The notes under the pieces were generated by a model. It was not told the DNA's origin. It was given only the letters and a program-made list of their open reading frames with translations, and made no database searches. A DNA stretch of 64,000 bases from contig PXSQ01000028.1 in NCBI GenBank assembly GCA_003022725.1, positions 5,123 through 69,122 on the forward strand. The letters run 5' to 3'. The position numbers and the translations under genes were made by a program. Each line of letters starts with the position of its first letter. Position 1 is the first letter of the stretch. The DNA is from Halobacteriales archaeon SW_7_65_23 (GTDB lineage: Archaea; Halobacteriota; Halobacteria; Halobacteriales; Haloarculaceae). Below, piece by piece: positions 1-10,966 of the stretch.

Positions 1-199
1 ATTTTCTCCAAAACTACAGCCCCGAAAACCTGAAAAATTTTGTAAATATCCTGGAAGAGGCCCGATACCGTCGAAGACCCCTAGAAAACACAGATAAGTG
101 AACTACCTGTTCAAGACAACATTTCTACACCCTCCCCCTATCTTCTCCATCAAGTATAAAAAAACAGACTACATCGTCAACAATAGGTGACAACAGACA

Positions 200-1657
200 A
201 TGTCGGAAGATTCGAACCAATCCAACCTTTCCAGAAGAGGATTTCTAGCTGCGGCAGGAACTGCAGCTCTGGCAGGGTGCCAAGGTGACGATAGCAGCGG
301 GAATGGAGGAGAAACTCCTACTGAAAATGGTAGTGATACGGAGAACGGTAAATCAGAGAACGGAAACGGAGATGTTAATACTGAAGTATCTATTCTGGAC
401 GGAGATGGTAATGAATACGAGGATGGAGAAAAAGTTACGGATGATAGTTTCTCGGTTGAAATTGAGCCCTCTGGTTCTCTTGAAGGCGTCCAGGTATACC
501 TTGAGAACAAAGAAGGCCACCAAATCCACGATGATCAGCCTTTAGGATACTTCCTGCACCACAGCGACGTCCATGGCTTGCCGGAGGACGGCACAATCCA
601 AGACGAGATACCCTACGAGGACGTATGGAATAAAGCGCAGAGAAGATACATACAGAAGCTTTTCCTCCACGACGAGATCGCCTGGGACGAAGATGACAGT
701 ACAGACATTGGAGATATCTGGGATGAAGCAGGAGGAGAGTTCGAACTTGTTGTTGAGGCAGAGGTAGACGGTGAAGAAATCTCAGAATCCGTCGACCTCA
801 ATCTCCCACACCCAAGAGAAACACTCGACCTAGAAGAACACAACAACAGAATACAACAAGGATGGAATGACCTACCAGAAAACGACGACGTAAGATGGCA
901 GACCGTGACAGATTACGACATCTTGAGAAAAATAGCCGGGCCATACATGCGAAGAAAGAATGAAGGAATACCTTTAGGTCCCGTTGAGCATGACGATATT
1001 TCCACGGAAATAGTTCTTCAAGACATTTCTGAATATCAGGAAGGTTCTGAAGGATATATATCTCCGGCGTGGGGTTTCTACATAGATAAAGACCCGGAAG
1101 AAGTACAGAGATTTTTAGACAGAGAATATGAGAGAGAAGGAGAAATAGGCGGTATTGAAATTCTATCTCAAGAACGGGATTTAGGTTGGATGGTTGTCGA
1201 GCTTAAAACAGCCTATGATGAAGAGGAAAACATTCTATTCTATGGCAATGGCAAACCCGGAGAGACTCAAGGCGTGGAAACACTGGTCGAACACTACACA
1301 GGCGAAGGAAATTCCGTAATAGATGAACACCCTGAAATGATGGAAAATCCGGGATACAGGGAAAGATTCAAATTAGCGACTGGAAATGAGTTATTATTAG
1401 GCAGATTCGATATGGACTCTGCAACCTCTAAGACAGGCAGTATAAGAGTAGCTGAGTGGGTCCCTGATAATACTGAGAAGTATTTCGATGAACTTGTTGA
1501 CCGATCCCAGGATTCCGGCTACTACAAGATGGGATTATCCCCTGAAAGCGGCTATACAATAGCAGGCGGCGTAGAAAGTCACTCACTACCAGAAGACTTG
1601 ACGGGGTATTTCCGTCTTCCAAACGGTGATACGTTATATGGAGCTCGACGAGATTAA
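200..1657 (+). CDS. Tat-exported acidic lipoprotein, unknown function (low-GC segment)
   Basis: 485 aa ORF; N-terminus SRRGFLAAAGTAALAGC gives a twin-arginine motif plus lipobox Cys; very acidic; A/T-ending codons. Confidence 0.8.
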   Translation: MSEDSNQSNLSRRGFLAAAGTAALAGCQGDDSSGNGGETPTENGSDTENGKSENGNGDVNTEVSILDGDGNEYEDGEKVTDDSFSVEIEPSGSLEGVQVYLENKEGHQIHDDQPLGYFLHHSDVHGLPEDGTIQDEIPYEDVWNKAQRRYIQKLFLHDEIAWDEDDSTDIGDIWDEAGGEFELVVEAEVDGEEISESVDLNLPHPRETLDLEEHNNRIQQGWNDLPENDDVRWQTVTDYDILRKIAGPYMRRKNEGIPLGPVEHDDISTEIVLQDISEYQEGSEGYISPAWGFYIDKDPEEVQRFLDREYEREGEIGGIEILSQERDLGWMVVELKTAYDEEENILFYGNGKPGETQGVETLVEHYTGEGNSVIDEHPEMMENPGYRERFKLATGNELLLGRFDMDSATSKTGSIRVAEWVPDNTEKYFDELVDRSQDSGYYKMGLSPESGYTIAGGVESHSLPEDLTGYFRLPNGDTLYGARRD

Positions 1658-1698
1658 GCCCAAGTTTAAGAATAAAGAAAACAAAGTAGAAACTCATT

Positions 1699-4600
1699 GT
1701 GAAGAGAAGATTTACTCGTCTGAAGTGCTGCCTGGCTTTGGTTTTTTTGTTTTCTTTCGTGATCCTTCCAGCTGCAGCACAGACCAGTGAATGTGAGAAT
1801 GATACTGTAAACGGTGCGTGTCAAGAACCTTACTACGCTGACGACCAGAACGTCTATAATTACGATAATGATGCTTCTTGGGTGTTTGAGAACAGTGATC
1901 CCAGTCAGGACGGACCGACAATATTCTTTGGTTCCCAAGTAGTTGAGAACAACCCCTCAGAACCAGGCACAATACACAAGGATGAAGAGAACTCAGGGAA
2001 TCTCGTCGAAAAATATGTTAATGATCCTAGCGAGGCAGAAGGAGGGTCTCAAGAAAACTTTGGAAGAGGTGAAGTACGGAGCAATACCATCTCATCCATA
2101 ACTAATCAATATATAGATTCAAACTCAAATGGAGAAAATTTCCTGGTCACGCCTCCAAATGAAGGAATGTGTGGAGACGGTATAGTACAGGGAGACGAAG
2201 ATGATAGTGGAAGCAGCGACTACTGCCCGGAAGATGCAGGGCTTCCAGAAACTAAGACAGTAAGCAGCCCAACACCGTCAAAAAACGGAAAATTCGATGA
2301 AGCAGGTTCGACTTCTGAAAGTTTGTCCACGGATAGTGCAGGCCCCAGCGAAATACATGTTGACGGTGATGTCTCACCACAAAACTTTCCGGACTACTAC
2401 GTCAAAAACGACTACATCGTAAAAGTAGACCCTGAATCAGACACTTCAACATACGAAACTATAGATCATACATACGAAAAGAGTGTCAGCGGTGTATACT
2501 ACCGATCTCTCACGGATCCGAAAGACAATTTCGATGGGGGCAACGCTACTATTCTCACCGGCGAATACTGTACCGACGTTGAAAAAACTGAAGAACCTCT
2601 ATACGAAGAAGTAAACGTAGAACCAGAAGGCACCGAGGAATATTCAACTTCGGCAGAAGTCTACAAAGACGGTGAAGTTGAAAAAAAGACAGAAGGAAAT
2701 ATAGAATGGATAATATCGGGAAGAGGCACCTACTTTGCGGTAAGCGCCCGCGCTCATAACTGCGTAGGAACTACAAAAACCTGGGATTGCTCTTGCGATC
2801 CCTCGGGCCAGAATCCTGATTGTGATTGTACAGAGGATGATATAGAAGCTCATCAAAGTTTCAATGGCGCTGAGACAGCTGAAACTCAGACAATCGCCTT
2901 GACATACGATGACTACGATACTGATAAGGATTTTACTTATTGGGATCCGAATGATGATCTTTCCTTTAGTTCAGGAAATGTTATCAATGGTAATAACGGT
3001 TACTTTGCGTACGGTTCTCCTGTTGATTCACGGGACGCCTCAAATGACCCTAGTGTTTCCAAGAGCACTTACGGAGTTTATAGAGACGGAGGCTCATTTA
3101 TAGCGAACAGGCAGTCTCTCACAGTTGCCAATGCTGACGGTCAGAACGGTAGAAGCAATGGTATAGTAGCTTATAACGAGGATTCGAACAGTATAAGCGG
3201 AAGTACTGAGGGCTTCCTGAGCAGTGAATTAGTGGATTACAATGTGAAAGACTACTTAGAGAGTTCAGATGTAAAGAGTAAGATTAGCTGTCCGGAGGAT
3301 CGCTGTCTGGCCTCTGTGGATGTTACTACGGAGAGGAGTGGATGGAGTCATTACGGGACTGGAGGGTTTTCACCTCAGGTTTACAGTGTCTCTGTTGATT
3401 CTACTGTTTCGGTGAGGGATTCGGCTGGTGCCTGTGAGACTTACAAGGATTTGAATCCTGGTGTTTCTGATCAGGAACTGGATTGTTCTCCGGGCCCTAA
3501 CTTTGATGTCTGTGGTGCTTATACTCAGGAGGAGAAGATTTTCTTTGAGGGCCCGGACGTTTCTGCTAATGCGGATAGTTACAAGGCTCATTATGAGGCG
3601 TGTCTCAGGCCTCAGAACGGTGACAGCGACAATATGTGTGTGGAGCCGAACCGGGGAAGCGGCACCAGAAAGGTTGATGAAGGTGTTGTAAGAAATATTA
3701 CTCCTTTCTACCATAATGATACGTATCAGAGCGGTGGGAATGCTGCTGATCCTGCTGTATGCCTGAATACTGACAGTGATACAGGCGGTGAATGGTATAA
3801 CCTGGACGACTGGAAAGCCACAGAATACGTCAGAAAGGAAATCGGGGATAACAGTGGGGTCCGGTCAGATGCTCTGGCATCCGATGAGTGGATGGATTAC
3901 TGGATTGATGAGCATCCTGATCAGGATGCTGATCCGAAAGCTATTGATCCCAAGATTCTGGGGCAGACATTCAATAGCGAAACTATGAAAGGTGGTTTTG
4001 CGTTGGAGCAGGATTGCTGGAGTGGCCAGGACTGTGCCACCTACCCTGGGTCTCATCAGGAAAACTCCGGTGACTTCGATATAAACGTTCCTTATGAAGG
4101 CGGCAAGGGAACAAGTTTTGAAGCCGGGAGAAGAGAGCTTGATTATTCTACTAATGCTAGTTATGATTTCAATCTCTCTAACGTTCAGAACCAGGTTCTC
4201 TCGGGAGAGACTGATGATTACATAGCTGTCAATACTCAGGACGAGGAGACGCCGAGGAGTATAAGTACTGAGGCTTTGAACAACAGCAGGATCAATGCCA
4301 AAGATGATGAGTGGGCTCTGGCTCCTAACCTCAGCTTCGGTGTGAATAATTATGGAGAGCCAAGGCTTCCAGAACAGTGCCACGGTGCTTCCAGGGTTCA
4401 GGGAGAGAATCTTACCAAAAGGGACAGGGATTACGCTAACTCGTATGTTTACGCTCAGAATGATATTTACAGCGGTGGAGAATCAAGTGGAAAGAAGGAC
4501 GGTATGTGGATAGATCCTGATGACAGCAGTCTTTCAGCTTTCAATGGAGAACTAAGCTGTGATTTGACGGGTATGGACTGGGGTTACGGTTTCAATGAGT

Positions 4601-5130
4601 CAGGTTATACTGATGGAGACGTCACCTGTGTTGAGGGTGACTGCTTCGAGCCAGGTTATTCCTCTTTCGATCCTATGGTTGTTGTCGGCGACATCAGCTT
4701 TGATGAAAATGCTTCTGGCCCTGGGTTTAACGGGCCTGCGTGTGGAGATGATCCAGGCGAGATACTGTTGAGGGAGTACGAGACAGGCCAGTTTGATCCT
4801 GATGTAAATACTTTTGCATGTACCGACAAGCCGAACAAGTGTGTACATAACGGAACTGTCTACGAGGAAGGGAGCATGTTGAATGCAGGGGAGGGAAGGC
4901 CGGATGATGAAGATATTCAGTCAAGTCCTGACAGGGAGATCTGCCTGGGTGTAAACGATGAGGTGCCAGGGAGTTCCTGGCATGAAATAGATGACCGGGA
5001 TAATGCGCGAGCAGGGTGTCGATCCCGCCGACTTCGAGTTCTATCTGGAGTCGTTCAAGTACGGTGTGCCGCCACACGGCGGTTACGGGCTGGGGATCGA
5101 CCGGCTCGTGAAGCAGGTTGCCGGATGTGA
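1699..5130 (+). CDS. Large secreted Cys-rich acidic surface protein; native sequence ends at ~5002 and the last ~40 aa are out-of-frame read-through into aspS
   Basis: Signal peptide [27 protein letters not shown]; many Cys; CGDG/CGDD motifs; internal repeat ([18 protein letters not shown] vs [19 protein letters not shown]); composition turns Arg-rich after 5002. Confidence 0.75.
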   Translation: MKRRFTRLKCCLALVFLFSFVILPAAAQTSECENDTVNGACQEPYYADDQNVYNYDNDASWVFENSDPSQDGPTIFFGSQVVENNPSEPGTIHKDEENSGNLVEKYVNDPSEAEGGSQENFGRGEVRSNTISSITNQYIDSNSNGENFLVTPPNEGMCGDGIVQGDEDDSGSSDYCPEDAGLPETKTVSSPTPSKNGKFDEAGSTSESLSTDSAGPSEIHVDGDVSPQNFPDYYVKNDYIVKVDPESDTSTYETIDHTYEKSVSGVYYRSLTDPKDNFDGGNATILTGEYCTDVEKTEEPLYEEVNVEPEGTEEYSTSAEVYKDGEVEKKTEGNIEWIISGRGTYFAVSARAHNCVGTTKTWDCSCDPSGQNPDCDCTEDDIEAHQSFNGAETAETQTIALTYDDYDTDKDFTYWDPNDDLSFSSGNVINGNNGYFAYGSPVDSRDASNDPSVSKSTYGVYRDGGSFIANRQSLTVANADGQNGRSNGIVAYNEDSNSISGSTEGFLSSELVDYNVKDYLESSDVKSKISCPEDRCLASVDVTTERSGWSHYGTGGFSPQVYSVSVDSTVSVRDSAGACETYKDLNPGVSDQELDCSPGPNFDVCGAYTQEEKIFFEGPDVSANADSYKAHYEACLRPQNGDSDNMCVEPNRGSGTRKVDEGVVRNITPFYHNDTYQSGGNAADPAVCLNTDSDTGGEWYNLDDWKATEYVRKEIGDNSGVRSDALASDEWMDYWIDEHPDQDADPKAIDPKILGQTFNSETMKGGFALEQDCWSGQDCATYPGSHQENSGDFDINVPYEGGKGTSFEAGRRELDYSTNASYDFNLSNVQNQVLSGETDDYIAVNTQDEETPRSISTEALNNSRINAKDDEWALAPNLSFGVNNYGEPRLPEQCHGASRVQGENLTKRDRDYANSYVYAQNDIYSGGESSGKKDGMWIDPDDSSLSAFNGELSCDLTGMDWGYGFNESGYTDGDVTCVEGDCFEPGYSSFDPMVVVGDISFDENASGPGFNGPACGDDPGEILLREYETGQFDPDVNTFACTDKPNKCVHNGTVYEEGSMLNAGEGRPDDEDIQSSPDREICLGVNDEVPGSSWHEIDDRDNARAGCRSRRLRVLSGVVQVRCAATRRLRAGDRPAREAGCRM

Positions 5131-5185
5131 CAACGTGACCGAGGCGATTCTGTTCCCGCGCACGCCTGATCGGTTGACGCCCTAG
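5003..5185 (+). pseudogene. aspS: 3' fragment (60 codons) of aspartyl-tRNA synthetase
   Basis: [24 protein letters not shown]...[14 protein letters not shown] is class IIb aaRS motif 3 plus the typical archaeal AspRS C-terminus; the 5' part is absent. Confidence 0.9.
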
Positions 5186-5225
5186 GAAGGGTTGTAATCG
5201 GGCTTTCCGTAGTCACTATCGGCTT

Positions 5226-5805
5226 GAAAGCCCCCGCCCGCTCGACCCTCCGGGGCTCGCTGTGCTCCTCGGCCTTCGGCCTGCGGTGCTTACTTCGCCC
5301 GGGAGGGATCGAGCGCGCGGCCCCTTTCAGTCCACCCAGACGAACCGTGAGCCACACACCTCCCCAGCCAACTGCGATGCTCGCTCACTTCGTTCGCTGC
5401 GCTTCTCATCCACCGTCAGAGCACGCTCTGACGAGCCCTCGCTCGCTCCGCTCGCGAGGACCTCGCGCAGAATGGCTCGCGGCCCCTGCTCGCGGGTCGC
5501 TACGCTCCCCGCTCGCGTTCCGAGGGCTCCCTTCGGTCGCCCTCTCTGGCCACGCGAGTCAGCACGCGCCGCCTTCCGCGCGGCCGGGAGCGCGTGCCTG
5601 CGCCTCGCGCAGGTCGCGCGTGCCGGGAGACGGAGTCTCCCGAACCTCGCGGCGGAGCCGCGAGAACCCGGGGAAGGGCAGGCCTGCTGGGGGGGCGGGA
5701 ATGAAAGGGGCTGCTCGATCCATCCCGGACGACGCAAGTAACGCAAGGAGCGCAGCGACTGAGTAACGCAGCGAGTCCCGGATGGTCGAGCGGGCAGGGG
5801 CTTTC
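5226..5805. repeat. Composite GC-rich palindromic (REP-like) repeat cluster bounded by inverted ~105-bp arms
   Basis: gaaagcccccgcccgctcgacc...cccctttca (5226-5329) mirrored by tgaaagggg...ggtcgagcgggcaggggctttc (5702-5805); internal cgctcgctc/ttcgttcgc hairpins; lies between convergent aspS and aceB. Confidence 0.8.
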
Positions 5806-5872
5806 TGCACAACTGTGACTGCAGTAGCGGTTGCTCCGATTCCTAGCGAGCGGGCAGGTAGCTACACCTTCG

Positions 5873-7177
5873 TCATCCGACGTTCATCGCGCGTTCGACG
5901 ACGTCCTCACCGTACAGGTCGGCGAGGTCCTCGTGCTGGTCGGGGCGGTTCTCGTAGACGTCCTGGAACAGCGTGATCGGCGTCTGCAGCGCCTGATAAG
6001 TCGCCTCGTCCCACATCCGGTCGCTGCTGACCTCGACCTCGACGCCGTCGATGCGGACCGTCGCCGCCCGGGTCATCGCGATGGCGCCCTTGCCGGCCTC
6101 CTTTGCGGCCTCGAACTCCGCCATCGAGTCGACGATGTCGCTCAGGCTCGGCACGTACGCGAACACGTCGAGCAGTTCCTCTTTGAGCCCCTCCTCGTCG
6201 AGGGTCTGCTCGTCGCTGCCGACCCGCAGGCGGTAGCCGTCGGCCGTCTCCTCCAGGGAGAGCCGATCACCATCGTACACCTGGACGCCGTCTTCTTCGG
6301 TCAGCTCCTCCTCGCGGCCGTCGATCTCGGCGAGCCAGTAGCCGTCACGCGGCGGGAGCGGCGACTTGTTCGCCTCGACGACCTGACCCGGGGTGAGCGA
6401 CCAGATGCCGAGCTGGCCTTTCGCCTGGTTGTCGGTCATGCGCTCGCGGTACCCTTCGACGTCGCGGATGTCGTCGAACGGCCCGTCGACCGCGATGAGG
6501 CCGGCGGCGCTGGCCGCGCGGGAGGTGTTGTGCCGCAGTTCGGGCCACGGCGGCAGCTCCCCCGTGGGGGTGATGGCGCGCATGTCCTTCGTGTAGTCGA
6601 CCTCGCCGTCGACCAGCATGAACAGACGCTGGAGGTTGTTCGAGGGCTTGCCCATCTCGTCGCGGAGCTTCCCCATCGCGAGTTCGGCCGATCCGCTCTC
6701 GATGATGACGCTCATCGCGAGGCTGCCCTCCTCGAGGCCGTGCTCGTTCTCGACGATCGTGAAGAACTCGTCGGCTTTCTTCCAGTCGTCGACGTCGCCG
6801 ACCTCCGGAATAACGAAGCCGTCGATGTGCTCGACGGCACCGTTGTCGGGGTCGGCGATCTCCAGCATGTGCTGGAACCCCTGGTAGCGGGTCCCCGGGG
6901 AGTCCCGGTGCCAGACCACGCGTGGGTGGATCTCGCCCGGGAAGTCCGCGCCGTCTTCGGCGATCACGTCGATGATGTTCCCCGCGCCCTCGTCGCGCAT
7001 GTTCGGCGCGGTCGCGTCCTCGTTGTCCGGCACCCAGACGTCCGGGGCCTGCATCCCCCGGAGTCCGATGGCGCTTTTGAGCATCTTGGCGGAGTCGTCC
7101 TCACCTTCGACCGCTGTCGGCGTGGTGAAGAACGTCCGCACGAACTGTCTGTCGTGGAGTTGCTCGTCTACTGTCAT
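5873..7177 (-). CDS. aceB: Haloarchaeal malate synthase (HpcH/CitE fold)
   Basis: 434 aa; RTFFTTPT, PDNEDATAP, DGEVDYTKD, GIWSLTPGQ, RMWDEAT motifs; downstream of isocitrate lyase. Confidence 0.9.
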   Translation of the reverse strand: MTVDEQLHDRQFVRTFFTTPTAVEGEDDSAKMLKSAIGLRGMQAPDVWVPDNEDATAPNMRDEGAGNIIDVIAEDGADFPGEIHPRVVWHRDSPGTRYQGFQHMLEIADPDNGAVEHIDGFVIPEVGDVDDWKKADEFFTIVENEHGLEEGSLAMSVIIESGSAELAMGKLRDEMGKPSNNLQRLFMLVDGEVDYTKDMRAITPTGELPPWPELRHNTSRAASAAGLIAVDGPFDDIRDVEGYRERMTDNQAKGQLGIWSLTPGQVVEANKSPLPPRDGYWLAEIDGREEELTEEDGVQVYDGDRLSLEETADGYRLRVGSDEQTLDEEGLKEELLDVFAYVPSLSDIVDSMAEFEAAKEAGKGAIAMTRAATVRIDGVEVEVSSDRMWDEATYQALQTPITLFQDVYENRPDQHEDLADLYGEDVVERAMNVG

Positions 7178-7284
7178 CGTTTGGTTGGAACGAAGCGGGC
7201 AGCCTTAAAACTGCCCTGAGGGGTGTTGTGTCGTCGTCCGGACCGCCGGACGACGAACGGTTCACCGGTCGCAGTACCACAGGA

Positions 7285-8361
7285 TCAGTCGTCGTCGCTG
7301 GTCATCACGGTCTCGCCGTCCTCGGTGAAGCCGGCGGACTCTTCCTGGCGCTTCCTGGCTTCCGGATCGAACTCGGCCTCGATATCCTGGAAGCGCGGCA
7401 CGAACGAAAGCTCGTGGTGGCTCTCGGTCTCGTGGCCCAGGTAGCGCCCTTCGAGGTCGAACTGCGCCTCCTCGTCGTTCTCCGCGAGGTTCTTGTAGTC
7501 CTCGTAGACGGCGTGAGCGCCGGAGTGCAGGCCGAACAGCGTAATGAAGATGTACTTGTAGCCGAGGTCGCCCAGTTCCTGGAACGTGAGCGGATCCTCC
7601 TCCTCGCTCCAGGCGAAACTGGAGGAGTAGTTGAACGCCAGCTTCATATCGGGGTGGGTCTCGTGGATCGTCTCGGCGTAGTTGACGGCGTCCGCGCGGG
7701 AGGGGTCGGGCATCTCCGGCCAGACCAGGTCGACCCCGGCGTCGGCGTAGATGCGGCCGCGTTCGAGGTGCTCCTCCCAGTCGCCGTTCGCGGAGCCGTA
7801 GGCGTCCGTCCGGGCAATGATGATCGTGTCCTCCGACTGCTTGGCGTCGACCGCCGCCGAGAAGCGCGCCTCGGCCTCCTCGCGGGAGACGATCTGCTTG
7901 CCCGCGATGTGGCCACAGCGCTTGGGCGAGGTCTGGTCCTCGATGTGGATCGCCGCCACGCCGGCCTTCTCGTACTCGCGGACGGCGCGGCGCACGTTGT
8001 GGACACCGCCGTAGCCGGTGTCGGCGTCCGCAATGACGGGCAGGTCCGTCGCCTCGGCGATCCGCTTGCCGTTCTCGACCATCTCTGTCATCGTCACCAT
8101 CTCGAGGTCGGGGAAACCGAACTGCCCCAGCACCGTCGAGTAACCGGACATATAGACCGCATCGTGACCCGCCATCTCCGCCAGGCGCGCGTCTAGGGCG
8201 TGATACATCCCTGGCGCGAACACGAAGTCCTGGCTGTTCAGCTTCTCCCGCAGTTCACGGGCCGCCGCGTTGTCGACGTCCCGAACGAACGGCTCGCTAT
8301 CTCGAACTCGACTCGCAACGTCGTCAGTACCGGAGTCGTCCTGTGTCATGTCGGTGTGCAT
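7285..8361 (-). CDS. aceA: Isocitrate lyase (haloarchaeal type)
   Basis: DADTGYG, IEDQ..PKRCGH, ARTD and FNYSSSF motifs; operon with aceB; start could be 8349. Confidence 0.9.
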   Translation of the reverse strand: MHTDMTQDDSGTDDVASRVRDSEPFVRDVDNAAARELREKLNSQDFVFAPGMYHALDARLAEMAGHDAVYMSGYSTVLGQFGFPDLEMVTMTEMVENGKRIAEATDLPVIADADTGYGGVHNVRRAVREYEKAGVAAIHIEDQTSPKRCGHIAGKQIVSREEAEARFSAAVDAKQSEDTIIIARTDAYGSANGDWEEHLERGRIYADAGVDLVWPEMPDPSRADAVNYAETIHETHPDMKLAFNYSSSFAWSEEEDPLTFQELGDLGYKYIFITLFGLHSGAHAVYEDYKNLAENDEEAQFDLEGRYLGHETESHHELSFVPRFQDIEAEFDPEARKRQEESAGFTEDGETVMTSDDD

Positions 8362-8399
8362 CGCTGCAGAAACGGCGGGTAGTAAAAAATGTTATGAAC

Positions 8400-8415
8400 A
8401 ATAATTATAATTATT
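8400..8415. promoter_or_regulatory. Perfect 16-bp AT palindrome upstream of aceA (candidate operator)
   Basis: aataattataattatt is self-complementary and lies in an AT-rich patch ~40-55 bp upstream of the aceA start. Confidence 0.45.
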
Positions 8416-8482
8416 TTTTATTGCTTTAGGCCCCTTGCTGGGATATTAGGGCATTTAAGTGTGGTTGGGAATGACAAGGCAA

Positions 8483-9568
8483 CTATGCCAGGTCGGTGCG
8501 TTCGTCGGCCACCGACTCGACGACGGCAAACGAGAGAGTGCTAGCCAGCGCGAGCAGCGTGCCCCCGGTGAGCATGAACGCGAGGTACTCCAGGGTGGCT
8601 TCCCCGAGGATGAAGGAGCTGACGCCGTGGAGGACGGCGGCGATGGCGAGCACATAGAAGGGGGCGTTGAGGTACCGCCAGTGGAACTCGCCCTCAAGGT
8701 ACTCGTCGGTGACGCGACCGAGGCTGCTGGTCACGCCGGCGGCGGCGAACCACCGGATCGCGCCCAGCACGAGCGCGGCGACGATCGTCAGCGGGCCGGG
8801 GTCGCCGGCCGCGGCCGCCCGGGTTTCCTCCAGCGTCCGGGCGCCGTCGATCCCGCCGATGCCCAGAAGCGTCGCGGCGACGACGTAGGTGATCAGCGTC
8901 ACCCGGCCGGTGAACAGCGACCGCCGGACGCGCTCGACAGCCTGGTCGAGCCACCGCCCGACGCCGAGCCCTCGCGCCAGAACGTACAACCCAAGCAGCC
9001 CCGATGCGAGGCCGAACACCGTCCCCGGCAGGCCGAGTTCGTTGGCGACGATTGTCAGCGGGTAGATCAACAGCAGGATGCCCAGCGGCACCAGCAGCGT
9101 CCCCCGGGTCTCGGGGTCGTCGAGCACCTGCTTGAACGTGTAGTACATCGATTCGAGGTCCTGGGCCTGCCGGACCACGACCCGGCGGACCCCGTCGATC
9201 GCCACCCGCGAGCGGATCACCGGGAGGACAGACTCGTCCTGTGCGCCGTCGGTGACGACGACGGCACGGACGTCCTCGCCCGTCGCCAGTTCCGCCAGCA
9301 CGCGGTCGACCTCCTCGCCGACGCGGCGGTTGGCCTCGATCTCGCGGCCGTCGATGCCGGCGACGGCGGCGACCTCGACGCGCTCGTCGTCGATCTCCTC
9401 GGCCAGGTGGACCCCCTCGAACAGGACGTTCACGTCGCTGTCCTCGGGGTCCGCAGTCGCGAGCGCCACCGCCGCCTCCCGGACCGCGTCGCGACCGACT
9501 ACGGGCGTCTCCATCCCCGTCTTGCGCCCGAGGTCATCGTCGAGGTCGACGCACAGCACCAGCAGCAT
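8483..9568 (-). CDS. DUF373-family membrane protein
   Basis: MLLVLCVDLDDDLGRK, DPEDSDVN, VTDGAQDE motifs; multiple TM helices. Confidence 0.85.
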   Translation of the reverse strand: MLLVLCVDLDDDLGRKTGMETPVVGRDAVREAAVALATADPEDSDVNVLFEGVHLAEEIDDERVEVAAVAGIDGREIEANRRVGEEVDRVLAELATGEDVRAVVVTDGAQDESVLPVIRSRVAIDGVRRVVVRQAQDLESMYYTFKQVLDDPETRGTLLVPLGILLLIYPLTIVANELGLPGTVFGLASGLLGLYVLARGLGVGRWLDQAVERVRRSLFTGRVTLITYVVAATLLGIGGIDGARTLEETRAAAAGDPGPLTIVAALVLGAIRWFAAAGVTSSLGRVTDEYLEGEFHWRYLNAPFYVLAIAAVLHGVSSFILGEATLEYLAFMLTGGTLLALASTLSFAVVESVADERTDLA

Positions 9569-9696
9569 CGTCCGATGGTATGCTATCCCGGTTTATCTGT
9601 TTTCGGGGCTGTCTCATGGTGGTTGGCGGGGTGGGAGGAATGTATTGTGCTCCAGCTTGCTCGCTCGGAAGTAGTGTGCGGTGTGGCAGGTGCACT

Positions 9697-9945
9697 GTGG
9701 CGAGGAAAGCCCTCGGCCGGCTCCGGTCCCGGGACCCTGTCGAGGGTGAGGAGGTGACGCTGATCGTCGAGGCCGGCGACAGACCGCCCGAGGAGCTGTC
9801 CGCGGCGATCGAGGACGCCAACGGCACCGTCGCCGAGCACCTCCAGTTCGACTCGCTACGGGTCCGGATCGCCCAGGAGCGTACCGACGACCTCTGTGAG
9901 ATCGATGGGATCGCATCGATCACGACCGACGACGCCGTCGGCGGC
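9697..9945 (+). pseudogene. Small acidic hypothetical protein, apparently damaged at both ends
   Basis: DPVEGEEVTLIVEAG...LQFDSLRVRIAQERTDDLCEIDGIASITTD has native codon bias; the flanking parts of the ORF do not. Confidence 0.4.
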
Positions 9946-10148
9946 GCACGCGGGCGCGTCCGCCGAGAGTTCGAGGTCGGCCATGCTGCATACCTCGGGG
10001 CGACGGATCAAAAGTGGGACGGTCGGCGCGCTATACACCCGGACGTAATTCGCTAAAGTCATCTCGACACAACTCGGGACTGTCAGAGTCGATATTACGG
10101 CGGCTCCGAGCGATGCTATTAGGTTACGGGGGTCCGAGAGGTCAGTCG

Positions 10149-10430
10149 ATGGAGGCGGTGCTCTGGTACGTGTTGACGGGCACGCGGGGGGGCAAGAACC
10201 GCGTCCGCCTGCTCCGCGCGGTCGACGAGCGGCCGCGGAACGCGAACCAGCTCGCCGAGAACCTCGACCTCGACTACAAGACGGTCCGCCATCACCTCGA
10301 CGTCCTGACGGAGAATGACATCGTCCAGAGCAGCGGTGACGACTACGGCGCGGTGTACCTCCCGACCGACCGCGCCAGACACCACTGGGAGACCGTGACC
10401 ACGATCATCGAACAGGTAGACGAATCATGA
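10149..10430 (+). CDS. ArsR-type winged-helix transcriptional regulator
   Basis: LWYVLTGTRGGKNRVRLL...NANQLAENLDLDYKTVRHHLDVL HTH. Confidence 0.85.
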   Translation: MEAVLWYVLTGTRGGKNRVRLLRAVDERPRNANQLAENLDLDYKTVRHHLDVLTENDIVQSSGDDYGAVYLPTDRARHHWETVTTIIEQVDES

Positions 10431-10459
10431 CACGACACCACACGACAGCTGTCCCCCGA

Positions 10460-10510
10460 TTCAGGGACGTTTCCGGCCGGATTTGGAACGAATTTGGGAA
10501 AGTAGTTATA
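10460..10510 (+). promoter_or_regulatory. Four TTNNG boxes at 11-bp period followed by TATA-like ttata
   Basis: ttcag 10460, ttccg 10471, tttgg 10482, tttgg 10493; ttata 10506; ATG 10537. Confidence 0.55.
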
Positions 10511-10536
10511 CGGAGACACCAGGTAGGAGGAGTACG

Positions 10537-10842
10537 ATGAGTCTCTGGTTCGACATCGCGCGGCTCTCGGCCGGGGTCAACCTGGTCCTGCTCACTGTCC
10601 TCCTCTCGGTCTGGGGGCGGAACTACATAGAGTTCCGCTCGAAACACACCCTCGGGCTCGCCATCTTCGCTCTCTTTCTGTTCGCCGAGAACGCGTTCTC
10701 GCTGTACATCTACATGGTCGACCCGCAGCTGTCGGCCTGGTTCTCCTCGGACGTCCCGAACATCGCCTGGCGCGGGATGATGGCGCTGCACGTCCTCGAG
10801 ACCGCCGGCATCGCGTTCCTCACCTGGGTCACCTGGGACTGA
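10537..10842 (+). CDS. Small 3-TM membrane protein, partner of the ArsR regulator
   Basis: 101 aa, hydrophobic; WGRNYIEFRSKHTLGL motif. Confidence 0.8.
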   Translation: MSLWFDIARLSAGVNLVLLTVLLSVWGRNYIEFRSKHTLGLAIFALFLFAENAFSLYIYMVDPQLSAWFSSDVPNIAWRGMMALHVLETAGIAFLTWVTWD

Positions 10843-10966
10843 TCCCGGCGGTCTCCCGGCCCCGAGCCGCCCCTGGACGCGATCATTTAAGTATCCAGTC
10901 CGGTCGAATGTCTCGCCGCGTTTCGGTGCCCAGTTGTTCCCGAAAAATCGCGCACGTGGGTTACTT

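Noticed and set aside
4990-5185. attR site of a provirus integrated in aspS
   Set aside because: The low-GC gene is itself cut at the junction and no integrase or duplicated att is visible; it cannot be fully excluded without upstream sequence
5055-5976. Several overlapping 80-180 aa ORFs
   Set aside because: Arg/Ala/Pro-rich products of the palindromic repeat cluster, not acidic, no motifs
10034-10130. Further TIR-like starts (tacacccggacgtaa at 10034; tactggtggc at 14125; tagtggacgg at 59042 right after a TGA stop)
   Set aside because: No matching second end found; possibly eroded copies, but not supportable as features
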